Positions 48,947-60,456 of a DNA stretch of 64,000 bases are shown here, piece by piece; position 1 is the first letter of the stretch, and each line of letters begins with the position of its first letter. Position numbers and translations under genes: made by a program. Origin of the DNA: Centroscyllium fabricii (taxonomy: Eukaryota). Under the pieces are notes generated by a model. That model ran no database searches and was not told the DNA's origin. It saw only the letters and a list, made by a program, of their open reading frames with translations. The stretch lies in the NCBI GenBank assembly GCA_051313645.2, contig JBNRSN020000028.1, positions 14,880,001 through 14,944,000 on the forward strand, read 5' to 3'.

Positions 48947-49945
48947 TAGAAACATATAAGATAGGAGCAGGAGTAGGCCATTCGGTCCCTCGAGGCTGCA
49001 CCGCCATTCAATTAGATCATGGCTGATCTTTGGCTGAGATCATGGCTGATCTTTAGCAAGCTAGTACCCCGTCCCCGACTTTTCTCCGTAACCTTTAATC
49101 CCTTTAGCTTGAAGAAATATATCCAATTCCCTCTTGAATATGTTTAATGAACTGGCCTCCACTGCCCTCTGTGGCAAGGAATTCCACAGGCTCACCACTC
49201 TCTGGGTGAAGAAATTCTTCCTCATATCTGTCCTAAATGGTTTACCCCTTATCCTTAGACGGTGGCCCCTGGTTCTGGACTCCCCCGCCATTGAAAACAT
49301 TCTTTCTGAAGCTAACCTGTCTAGGCCTTTCAGAATATTATATGTTTCGATGAGATCCCCTCTCAATCTTCTAAACTCCAGCTAGTACAAGCCCAAACTA
49401 CACAATTTCTCCTCGTAGGTCATTCCTGCCATTCCAGGTATCATCCTGGTAAATCGCCGCTGCACTCCTTCCATGGCAAGAACATCCTTCCTCAGATGAG
49501 GCGACCAAAACTGTACACAATACTCAAGGTGTGGTCTCACCAGTGCCTTGTACAGCTGTAGTAAGGTATCCTTATTCCTATACTTGAACCCTCTTGATAT
49601 GAAGGCCACCATACCATTTGCCTTCTTAACCGCCTGTTGCACCTGCATGCTCGCCCTCAGTGACTGGTGCACAAAAACACCAGGTCTCTCTGCACTTCCC
49701 CATCTCCCAATCTATTGCTATTTACATAATAATCTGCCCTCCTGTTTTTGCCCCCAAAGTGGATAACCTCACATTTATCCACATTATAGTGCATTTGCCA
49801 TGTATCTGCCCATTCCCCCAACTTGTCCAAATCGCACTTGAGCTTCCTGACATCCTCTTCAGAGCCCACCCCACCTCCTAGTTTAGTGTCGTCTGCAAAT
49901 TTGGAGATGTTGCATCCAATTCCCTGGTCCAGATCATTAATATAT
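48947..49945 (-). mobile_element. CR1 LINE family A, 5'-truncated
   Basis: KFADD..RPHLEYCVQFW..KGYGEKSGTGY in ORFs 49061-49953; 3' tail at 48947. Confidence 0.92.
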
Positions 49946-50520
49946 ATTGTCATAATATCACTGCCTCAGAATTTCCCATTAACCAGTGTTTACTCTCGAA
50001 TGTTTTTGTCTGTGTTTGTCTATGTGTTTATCTATCTGTCTGTCTGTGTTTATCTGTGCATCTTTTTCTGTGTGTGGTTATCTGTCTCTGGCCGTGTGTC
50101 AATTTATCTGTGCATGTTTGTCTGTGTGCTTATTTGTCTGAGTTTCTGTGTCTGTGTCACTCTGTGTGTTTATCTGTGTTTGTTCTACCAATGGTTTATG
50201 TGAGGCTTGGCGGAACACAGGAGGGCATTGTCTGATCACTTCTTAAATAGCTTCCGTCTTAAGCAACTCAGCTGAATATACATAAAATTCCTCCACAATA
50301 TGCCAACCAGTTGTGTGTAAATGGGGTTATGCTGCCTGTGTGTGTAGATATGCATGGTCATGTGTGTGTGTGTGTGTGTGTGCCAGGCCTGATACTTCAA
50401 TTCTAGAATGATGCATCACAGAAGGAGGCCAATCGGCCCATCGTGTCTGTTCTCGCTCTTTAACAGAGCGATCAATTGGTCCCGCTCCCCAGCTCTTTCC
50501 CCATAGTCCTACAAATGGTT

Positions 50521-50740
50521 CACGGAGCCTAGTTCTTGTACAGCTGGTACTAATACCGATCGGGCTTACTGAGCCTTGTTGTGCAGTTGCAGTCTATTTT
50601 CACACCATCTCCTTCAGTGACGCTGAATCTGCCTGAATCTCCCCTGAATTAAAGATAACTGAGAGTGAGGTGAAGACAACACTGAGACACAAGGCATGGT
50701 CATACCTACCGAACAAAATCACAATATAATGACGTGACGG
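50521..50740 (-). pseudogene. Partial tandem duplicate of the V pseudogene at 50842-51220
   Basis: Near-identical leader end, intron and 5' exon; same deletion and TAG stop. Confidence 0.75.
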
Positions 50741-50804
50741 TGTCCCTTGAACGGCGGGTTCCTTTGAACGGAAGGCTTTCTCTGTTGCAGTTTTATTTCA
50801 TCGA

Positions 50805-51220
50805 GGTTTCTAACAGCGACAGATGAGTTTTAAACTCTGTGCTGCTCAGCAGACAGAAATACACGGCGGTGTCCTGGATTTACGCTCAAGTGACCGTTAA
50901 ATCAAATGTATTTTCTAGATTGGCTTGACCGGCCTCGAACCTTCCCTTCGGAAAATGCTCCTTATTTGTGCGCTGATATCCCAGAACAAAATAAAACACG
51001 GAGCCTAGTTCTTGTACAGCTGGTACCAGTACAGATCGGGGTTACTGAGCCTTGTTGACCAGTTGCAGTCTATTTTCACACCGTCTCCTTCAGTGACACT
51101 GAATCTGCCCGAATCTCCCCTGAATTAAAGATAACTGAGGGTTGAAGAGAATACTGAGACACAAGGCATGGTCATACCTACCGAACAGAGCCACAATATA
51201 ATGAGCTGATGGTACGACAT
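50805..51220 (-). pseudogene. TCR V pseudogene (38400 family)
   Basis: Leader 51220-51182 out of phase; exon 51119-50842 with 24-nt FR1 deletion and TAG; heptamer CACAGAG. Confidence 0.85.
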
Positions 51221-51226
51221 GGGCTC

Positions 51227-52065
51227 TTTTTTATCCATTGATGGGATGTGGGCGTCGCTGGCTGGCTAGGCCTGCATTTAGTGCCCATCCCTAATTGCCC
51301 TTGAGAAGATGGTGGTGAGCCGCCTTCTTGAACCGCTGCATTCCATATGGTGTAGGTACACCCACAATGTTGTTAGGAAGGGAGTTCCAGGAATTTGGCC
51401 CAGCGACAGTGAAGGAGCGGCGATACAGGTCCAAGTCAGGATGGTGTGTGGCTTGGAGGGGAACTTGTAGGTGGTGCTGTTCCCATGCGTCTGCTGCCCT
51501 TGTCCTTCTAAGTGGTAGAGATCGCGGGTTTGGAAGGTGCTGTTGAAGGAGCTTTGGCGAGTTGCTGCAGTGCATCTCGTAGATGGTACACACTGCAGCC
51601 ACAGTGCGCAGGTGGTGGAGGGAGTGAATGTTGAAGGTGGTGGATGGAAGCCAATCAAGCGGCCTGCTTTATCCTGAATGGTGTCGAGCTTCTTGAGTGT
51701 TGTTGGAGCTGCACTCATCCAGGCAAGTGGAGAGTATTCCATCACACTCCTGACTTGTGCCTTGTAGATGGTGGAAAGGCTTTGGGGAGTCAGGAGGTGA
51801 GACACTCGCCGCAGAATTCCCAGCCTCTGACCTGCTCTTGTAGCCATAGTATTTATATGGCTGGTCCAGTTCAGTTTCCGATCAATGGTGTTAGTGGGGG
51901 ATTCAGCGATGATAATGCCATTGAATGTCAAGGGAAGATGGTTAGAGTCTCGCTTGTTGGAGATGGTCATTGCCTGGCACTTGTGTGGTGCGAATGTTAC
52001 TTGCCACTTGTCAGCCGAAGTCTGAATGTTGTCCAGGTCTTGCTGCATATGGACACGGACTGCGT
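51227..52065 (-). mobile_element. CR1-group LINE family B, 5'-truncated
   Basis: ORF 51278-52048 (QQDLDNI..WQVTFAPHKC..YKAQVRSVMEY), A-rich tail; inserted just upstream of a V ATG. Confidence 0.88.
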
Positions 52066-52959
52066 CAGTATCTTCAGAAAGAACCCCTTGGAATTTCTAT
52101 TTCCCCAGTTGCAATAAGTTACACTGAGCAAAGTAAGAACCTGTTCGAAAGGAAAGTATAACAGAATGTGAGGAAGTATCTCGTAAAAGGGGCAGAATTC
52201 ATGAATTGCATTTTAAATCCGCCCCTACTTCAGCTCGCATTCTGCTGAAAGCATCATCCGTGCCTTTGTTACTTCTAGAGTTGACTATTCCACTGCTCTC
52301 CTGACCGGCTTCCCACCTTGCACTCTCCGTAACCTGGTGCACATTCAAAACTCTGATGCCTGTGTGCGAACTCCCTCCAAGTGCTGTTCGCCCATCACAC
52401 ATGGGCTCGCTGTCCGACAACGCCGATCTGTAAAAGGAGGGTTGGATATTTGAAGACACCCGTTCTAATCCCCGCCCTCAATAATCTGCGGTCGTGTCTC
52501 GGGCCGCTCTGACCTCACTTCCTGGTGTTCCCAGTGGTGCTGTGACACCGGCAGGTGGTGAGCTGGCAGCCCGTGAATGGAAACACCCCGAGCTGGGCCA
52601 CAGTCAGTGTGTTTACAGGGAATGGTTCCGCTTTTGGATATTGGGAAGGGAATGAAAATCTTGTGTCGTTAATGTAACCGGAAACTCAGGATTGTAGATG
52701 GGGACAGAATATATTTCGGCAGTAAAGAGACAATCTGAATAACAATGGACATTGGGGGAACTCTGTGCGTGTGGTTTGCTTTGAAAAGCACATTCACTAT
52801 CTTGTGAAATATGTTCATTGTGTACAAACTGTCTCGGACCCAGCAACATACTCTGATCAAATAAAGTCTGTCTACAGGCCGCGATCAAAGGGTCCAGGAC
52901 ACTGCCTGGGGAAATGTGTAAAGGACTGCACAATATTACAGGCAGGCACGGAAAATTCT

Positions 52960-53275
52960 TTCGGAATAGACGTTAAACCGAAGCCCCGTCTGCTCTCTCA
53001 GGTGGATGTAAAAGATCCCATGGCACTATTCGAAGAGCAGGGGAGTTATCCCCGGTGACCTGGCCAATATTTATCCCTCAACCAACATCACTAAAGCAGA
53101 TTATCTGGTCATTATCTCATTGTTGTTTGTGGGTGCTTGCTGTGTGCAAATTGACTGCCGCTGTTCCTACATTACAACAGCGACACTTCAAAAAGTACTT
53201 CATTGGCTGTAAAGCGCTTTGGGACGTCCGGTGGTCTCTAACGACGCTATACAAATGCAAGTCTTACATTCATTT
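52960..53275 (+). mobile_element. DeuSINE fragment
   Basis: GACGTTAAACCGAAGCCCCGTCTG..GATCCCATGGCACTATT..GGCCAATATTTATCCCTCAACC. Confidence 0.75.
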
Positions 53276-53454
53276 TTAAAGTAGAAAAGGGGATTTAAGG
53301 CTCCACAGACATGATTAGCAAAGTTATGTTTTTTATCATAACTGCGAGTTGAATTCGTAAACTAATATAATTCCGCAAGTGTACCTCACTTGTTCTTGTC
53401 AGGTGTTGTGTTTTGTTGCTGTCACTGTGAAGGCTGAATTGTTTAGCGGGGTGA

Positions 53455-53534
53455 GAGCGCCCTCTGGTGACCACTTACTCGAACTCTCAGTGTGGGTTTT
53501 TGTCCGGGATCCACGAAAACTCTGCAGCAGAGTG
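53455..53534 (-). other. Orphan RSS plus downstream CTCF motif, no V exon
   Basis: CACTCTG(53534-53528)-24-ACAAAAACC(53503-53495), then GTCACCAGAGGGCGCTC; paralogous to 25063 and 62810. Confidence 0.85.
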
Positions 53535-53630
53535 AAACACAGAAGACAGGAGCAGGAGTAGGCCATTCGGCCCGTCGAGCCTGCTCCGCCATTCAATGAG
53601 ATAATAGCTAATTATCCAAACCCAGCACCC
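53535..53630 (-). mobile_element. CR1-type 3' tail fragment
   Basis: TCATTGAATGGCGGAGCAGGCTCGACGGGCCGAATGGCCTACTCCTGCTCCTGTCTTCTGTGTTT. Confidence 0.85.
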
Positions 53631-53670
53631 CCTCCGGTGGAGGTGCCGGTGTTGGACTGGGGTGGACAAT

Positions 53671-53843
53671 TGTAAGAAGTCACACAACACCAGGTTATAG
53701 TCCAACAGTTTTATTAGAAATCACAAGCTTTCGGAGCGCTGCTCATTCTTCAGGTGAAGTCGACTGATGAAGGAGCTGCGCTCCGAAAGCTTGTGATTTC
53801 TAATAACGCTGTGGTACTATAGCCTGGTGTGTGACTTCTTACA
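53671..53843. mobile_element. Palindromic Penelope-like element with two minimal hammerhead-like motifs
   Basis: Long inverted repeat TGTAAGAAGTCACAC..GTGTGACTTCTTACA; CTGA(T/A)GA-stem-GAAA on both strands. Confidence 0.65.
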
Positions 53844-54254
53844 TCTCTCTATCGTGTTCGTGAAGGTGCCGCGTGTAGAAAACCAACTTGTCTCAATCTC
53901 TCGTTTCAACACAACAAAATGCCCAATTAATAGTAGCAGTTATAATAGATAATATATGATAACTGTAGCTCAGAGACATATTTGAAATGGCAGCAGTTAC
54001 CGTAAACATCAGGCGGGACACATGGGACAAATCTACGCCCTCTGTATGTAGCGGGGTGCCTCAGATTTGGATTCTGTCTGGTTTCATATTGTTTTGAACG
54101 AGCTTCATTCAACAAATGTGTCTTGGATGTTAAGAATAAACAAAGAGAATCTCCGGGATTTACACTGAAGTTGTCATTGGCGCCGTGTATATGTTTATCT
54201 GCATTAATTTCTCTAATAATAATAATAGTAATAACAAGAAAAATGTGACATAAA

Positions 54255-54569
54255 CATGAATCATAGAATCCCTACAGTGCAGATAGAGGCCATTTCGGCC
54301 CATCGAGCCTGTACAGACACATATCCCATCCTATCACCGTAACCCCACCTATTTAATCCCCCTAACACTAAGGGTCAATTTATCCTGGCCAATCAACCTA
54401 ACCCGCACATCTTTGGACTGTGGGAGGAAACCGGAGCACCCGGAGGAAACCCACGCAGGCACGGGGAGAATGTGCAAACTCCACACAGATAGTACCCGAG
54501 GCCGGATTTGAACCCGGGTCTCTAGCGGTGTGAGGCAACAGTGCTAACCACTATGCCACCGTGCCACCC
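54255..54569 (-). mobile_element. HE1-type V-SINE, full length
   Basis: tRNA head GGCACGGTGGCATAGTGGTTAGCAC..GGTTCAAATCC, V-domain core, GGGATTCTATG tail. Confidence 0.9.
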
Positions 54570-55049
54570 GTGCAACAACATCCATCAGTAATTTGAGAAA
54601 TAAACAATTTCTCAGGCAGAGGGCCGATTATCTCACATCGCAAACGGAGCTCTCTCGTCGTGTTTGCCTGTTAACTGCAGCAGATTAGTCGCAAGATGAC
54701 ATGGCCCTTGCGGATGGGGAACGCCGTTCAACCCATTTCAATTTATCCTTCCAGAAAACCCCACCCCCCCATAATTACCTTTATTTGCTACTAAACTCAT
54801 CCCTTGATGTTGGATTCTGACGCTTTGCCTGGAGTCCAGTCCAAGTGTCGATCGCTCTCTGTGTGACCAACACTCTCTTCCTCTCAGTCCGAAAGTTACA
54901 ATTTACCAGTTTGAACCTGTGCACACTTGTCCTACTGCCCCTGTTTAATTTCAGTCATTTACCGCATTAACCCTTTTCCATGTCACGTTCTATCTTATAT
55001 ATTTATGTAATTTGTGTTTGACCTTGGGAGTCATAGACATTGCTGCTCT

Positions 55050-55640
55050 CGCGGTTTCTTTCTGTTCCTCTTGTTATCTCTACACCTGATTCTCTCACTT
55101 TCTAAATCTGTTACTCTCACTGCCACTCTCTGTTGCTCGCTCTATCTCTGAATACGTTTCTCTCACTTTGTCTCTATATTAGTTCCTCTCGCTGCCTCTA
55201 CATCTGTTTCTCTCTCTTTCCATCTCTTCCTGATTCTTTCACTGGGCTTTAATTTGGTTCTCTCTGTTTCTCAGTCTGTAAGTCTCCCTGTTGCTGCATC
55301 TGTTTCTCTCTCGCTGCCGTTCCCTCTGTTTCTCTCCCACTTCTTATCTGCCCCTCGGTTGTTCCCCTGTAAATTAGTTTTTTCCCTCCCTGTCTCTCTC
55401 TCATTTGTCTCACTGTCTCTCCATTTCCCTCTCTCCATCTCTCCCTTAATTTATCTCCTTGTATCTCCATCTGTTGCTATCCCTGTCTCTCCTTCATTTT
55501 CCCTCCCTGTCTCTCTCTCATTTGTCTCATTGTCTCTCCATTTCCCTCTCTCCATCTCTCCCTTAATTTATCTCCTTGTATCTCTATCTGTTTATTTCCC
55601 CGTCTCTCCTTCATTTTCTCTCCCTGTCTCTCCCTCAATG
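55050..55640 (+). repeat. CT-rich low-complexity tract with ~117-bp internal duplication
   Basis: Repeated TTTTCCCTCCCTGTCTCTCTCTCATTTGTCTC block. Confidence 0.75.
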
Positions 55641-56353
55641 ACAGATTTGAAAAACAAGTATTTATTCGAACAGGGGGTGCTTTGATGCGTCGTTCGTTTT
55701 CATTGCAGTGAAAATATCCAAGTGTTTCTTTTGGATTCCATTCCCGGGAGATTACACTCGATTAGGTGACAGTCAGAAGGCGAGAGAATCAATACTGTGC
55801 AGCCAGTGGACAGAGCACAAGTCAGGTGTATCCCGGCCCTGGGTCAATCACAAGCCTCAAACAATCCCCCGTAAATGACAAGATCTTCCCACCCATAACC
55901 AAATGCGGCCTTTACTCGTTTTATGGGCTCTATTTGAATGCATGAGAAATATTAACATTAAACCAAATGATCTGCTGTGTCCCCATCGAAAGAAATTGAT
56001 ATCTATCCTTTCTGTCCGCACTGGATTCCACAACAAGTCCCAGAGGGTGAAAGCTCAGTGCAGATCAGGTGACGCACCCAATCCCCCATCAGAGGGAGAG
56101 GAGACCTTCAACCCCCTCTGCCTGGGGTGGATTGTCCCCCAGATACCAGAGGGTGAAAGGTCAGTGTACAATCCTCTGACCCACCTAGTCCCCCATCAGA
56201 GGGAGAGGAGACCTTCATCCCCCCCCTGCCTGGGTTGGATTGGACCCAGCTCCCAGTGGGTGAAAGGTCAATGTCTGACTCACTGCCCCGGCAGTACTGC
56301 ATGAGTTAACAGTAACCTTGGCGGCTTTTACTCCAGAGAATAAATGAGAAACC

Positions 56354-56372
56354 GGGCCACCAGAGGGCGTTT
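56354..56372 (+). promoter_or_regulatory. CTCF motif upstream of V leader
   Basis: GGGCCACCAGAGGGCGTTT, ~170 bp before ATG 56543. Confidence 0.55.
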
Positions 56373-56542
56373 CAGTGTGAATAAAACGTCAGCGCTGGCA
56401 TTGTTCCCCGGCCCTCAGTGAGGAGAGAAGAGATACTGTCCATCAGACCTGATAGAATAGGATATCATTGATTGCACATCAGAATTAAATCGATTTTCCA
56501 GTGATATTCTTTATCCACCGAGCGCAGATTCAGGAAAACGCG

Positions 56543-56940
56543 ATGAATGAAATTGTAACTTTCACATGTTTGATTTTCGGTGAGTATTATTGGCAGAAAA
56601 GCGTTCGCCGTTAAAATTTATTTCTTTTGTCTGATTTTCCATCTGTTTTATATCGACAGTTATCGGCGGCGAGGCTGTGATCCACCAACCACAGCAGGTG
56701 TTTGCACCAGAGGGACAATCGATTGAAATCCAGTGCAACGCGACCACCAGCGGCACTGAGAGTATCTTCTGGTACAGACAACTACAGAACCGTAGCCCGA
56801 CATTTATCATATCTGCTATCCAGGGCAACGCCACTGATGGACGATTCAGACTCTTCATCGACCCAACAAGAAGTTATAACAGTCTCGGTATGGACAGCAC
56901 TGCGGTATCAGATACTGGACTGTATCACTGTGCAGTGAGG
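56543..56940 (+). CDS. TRAV: TCR alpha/delta V gene segment, apparently functional (leader 56543-56579, V exon 56660-56940)
   Basis: MNEIVTFTCLIF|VIGGEAVIHQPQ..IQCNA..FWYRQ..DTGLYHCAVR. Confidence 0.85.
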
Positions 56941-56979
56941 CACCGTGTGTCAAAGGCTGAGCGCTCCAGTACAATATCC
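56941..56979 (+). other. 23-RSS
   Basis: CACCGTG-23-ACAATATCC. Confidence 0.8.
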
Positions 56980-57032
56980 CCTGCAGGTTCCGAACAGACC
57001 ATCTCCACACCGCCCCTCTGCTCTTCTGAACG

Positions 57033-57232
57033 TGTTGACTTCTTTGTGGGGTACAGTTCCACAGACTCCATTCATTGTCTGAGCAAAGGGTTAATCAGAC
57101 TGTCCTGGATATGTTGACTTCTTTGTGGGGTACAGTTCCACAGACTCCATCCATTGTCTGAGCAAAGGGTTAATCAGACTGTCCTGGATATGTTGACTCC
57201 TTTGTGGGGTACAACTCCACAGGCTCCACCCA
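57033..57232 (+). repeat. 79-bp tandem repeat, ~2.5 copies
   Basis: TGTTGACTTCTTTGTGGGGTACAGTTCCACAGACTCC.. repeated. Confidence 0.85.
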
Positions 57233-57575
57233 TCCTGTAAGGAAAGGTTTATATAGGGTTGCACTTGGTTATAAACACCCAGCGCCAGGAATGTCTCTTT
57301 AGAAATTCACTATCACAAAGGGCTGGGTTCACCTCACTTCCGTCCACAAGGAGGAGAGGAACTTGCTTCTCATTGGACCACTGACATGTCCGGATGTGAA
57401 CCGCGGGTGACCAATCTGCATTTCCAACCAATCCAAAAGCAGCAAACCCCACGTGACTCAGCCTTTACCTGGGTGACGCTGACTTTAATCAGCCGCCTGT
57501 TCAATGCCTTCACTCGGCTCGGGGTCTTCTGATCCGAGCTGTCTACCGCTTTCCTCTTGAGAATTTATTACAAGG

Positions 57576-58042
57576 ATGTGTCACTCGGTACAAGTGAATG
57601 TATCGCTCGGTATTCTGGTGCTGTTAACATGTAGGTCCAGGAGCTGAGCTCAATAACCCGCAGTGTTTATATTCACGGTGCTCCGGTGTTTTATTCTCTG
57701 AATGTTTTTACAAGTCGATGTTTCTCGGACCAGGTGCTGCAGTCTCCCGCTGTGATAACAGTCCGGAGCGGAGATCCGGTGCAGATAAACTGCAGCTGTG
57801 ACATGTCCATCATTGACGCCATGCACTGGTACAAACAGAGACCCAGTCAGGGACTGGAGTGGGTAATAGGGCGAATATCGGCTGGTAAAGAGAGAAGGGA
57901 CGGATTAGAATTGGATCTTTCCACTGCGGACAGACGCGGCCAATTGGTCATTGCGAGCAGGGAGAGCGCGGATCCCGCGGTGTATTACTGTGCGATAGAT
58001 CCGCACACTGACAGGAAACCCGACAGTCACTGTACAAAAACC
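57576..58042 (+). pseudogene. TCR V segment: open exon and good RSS, but mutated splice acceptor
   Basis: Leader MCHSVQVNVSLGILVLLT 57576-57630. In-phase acceptor reads TACAA (57713) instead of TACAG. DQVLQSP..INCSC..MHWYKQRPSQGLEWV..AVYYCAID. RSS CACACTG(58004)-23-ACAAAAACC. Confidence 0.8.
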
Positions 58043-60456
58043 TCCCTCTGTTTCCAGTCCCGGAACAGCGGCAGCAATCTGTCCAAACACACAGGGCAGG
58101 CCAGGCGGGGCAGAGCGAGAGCAGCGAGCGGAAGGTGTGGGCGAGGCTGCCGCAGGCAGTGTGACCGCAAGATCCGTCTCCATAGTTTCCAGTTCACAGC
58201 GGGTTTGATCAGAGATACTGACAGTCACAGAATAAAGTATCGGCCGGTGGAGCCGTCACTCACTGAGTGCATTCCTTGTCTGAGGAAAACCTCAGCATTG
58301 CTTAATTGTGGGATTATATTCACCGGGGCCGAATCTGTCACACTGAGTGTTTATTTGATTCTGGTGTGCGACGATTCATCGAGAACATTAACTTCATTCT
58401 CCTGTAACATTCGTGTTTACACCGAGTGTCCACACTGTGGTTGAGATTTCCTCTGGTCGCTATTTCTAACGATATAGTGAACGTATTCTAAAAGAATCAG
58501 ATTGTGATTTCATTAAAACACCTTTCAGAGGGGAATTCCACAGAGAGACCAGAGAAAATCTTCCCCTGGTGTGACCCCAGCAGAAGGTTAATCAAACCCG
58601 ACCCCCGTCAACCACCTCAGTCTGATTACTGACAGTGAGTGAAATAAAATGAAGATCTTTATCTACATTAATTTCGATGTAATATCTCACCGCCATCAGT
58701 CGACTGTGTGGCAATCGCTCGGAGGGGATTATGAGCCTTGCCCTAAACATCAGCTGAACCAGTTAGATTAAAGTCTGCCTGAATCTAACAGGAGGCGCGG
58801 AAATTAATCACACGGGGAGGGAAATGGCGGTTGTTCGCAGTCAACCTCCTTTCCCCTCTGGTTCACAACAACACGTGTCGAGTAAGCAGGAGACTCGGTC
58901 ATGGAGAACACGGAACAGACCTTATTGATGCTCAGGAAAGGTGACCAGCCTTTAATTCTATACACACACTGGCTGTTTCTGTTCAGTATCTTTCGAGAAC
59001 ACGCGGAAATACTGTTGATAACCTCGATCCTTTATACACCATGTTTGACAACATCAATGGAAAATGTCATAGATAAGCCTAGATGACGTATCTCAGTTTG
59101 AAAACCCTTTGAAAACAGAATATTGATATAAAAAGTTTGCAATTGTTTACCTCAGAATGACTCCCCCTGCACGACACTTCCTGACGGTAACATTTACTAG
59201 TATCTCTGAAGTAACAGCTTCACCAACTGCCCCCTGTAGCTAATGGATCACAACTAACCATGTTTATTACCCTGAAACTAAACCACTCGTGGGTGACGTC
59301 ATTACTATCACTTATTCCCTGACACAAGCACTTCACATCTCAGGAAACAAGCACTGCATTCTTTCTACGACACTTCAAATTTATCCTGTTCATATCTTTG
59401 AAAGCCTGGAAACGTTAATACCAGATACAAGTTCGACTGGTAACCCGTAAATTACCAAGATGTCCAACACACATCTCTCCAGAATGTCCAACAGTGGTTA
59501 CTGACACGGGAGAAACTCCTCACTCGGGTTACAATCATGTCTCTCTGAGTGTATCGTGCATTCCATATTTTAATATATAAGGTATTTTATTCAAATTGTA
59601 GCTTTACAAAACTACCAAAAATGTCACTTAGCAGTTGTTTTAAGATTTGCAGTTTAAGAAAGTCATTCATGAGCGTGGCGGAGAGAGATTGTGACGATGA
59701 AAACAAGACCGTACAAGAGGGAAGGGGTATTTTACTGAACACCAGGAACACAACACAAATATAAACAGGATTAAAATGTTGGTGGTTTTTCAACATATCA
59801 TGAATAACAGGGGACTGATTGTGGAGGAAGCAGCGAGAAACATATGAGCACGGCGCACTCTGGCGGATATAATGTGAAGTTTTATAATTTTTCGATCCTG
59901 GGTGAAAACAGACAATGTGTCGATGGGGCAGTTTCCAGTGCTCATTTATAGCGAGACGTCTTGCGGTGATGCTGACGGCCAATGTAGAGCCTTTTACATC
60001 AACAATACAGCGACAGAAACATTAATCAGATGAATTCGAGCTCGGAAACTGACAGCTTGCGCACGCAGATTTAACTCTTTCTGATCTGCAAAATAAACAA
60101 CCCACAACCCGCTTTCACATCAACCTACTTTCATTTCAGTTCAGCTCTACTGGTGCCAGATGCTCGTGACCATTGAGCACAGGCTCCAAACAGTCTGTAT
60201 GTTTTTCCTCCTGCATTACCCGGTGTCCAGTGATTCCTTTCTCTGTATCTCTGCACTGTGGGAATCCTGATACAAACTGGGCCCCTGCTCAGGAGAAACA
60301 AGCAACCGAGGACCCAACAGACCGCTGTCCGTCTGTCTCTCAGTCATCAGCCTGGTTACCACCATGAAATCCTTTGATTCATCTATATATAATATTACTA
60401 AAGATAAATATGTTTAGTAATGAAAAGTTTAAGGTCTAATCTACAAATACCAGCTA

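Noticed and set aside
55903-56304. 133-aa ORF with signal-peptide-like start MRPLLVLWALF
   Set aside because: May be an orphan V leader, but there is no GT donor or V exon; the remainder is a short tandem duplication.
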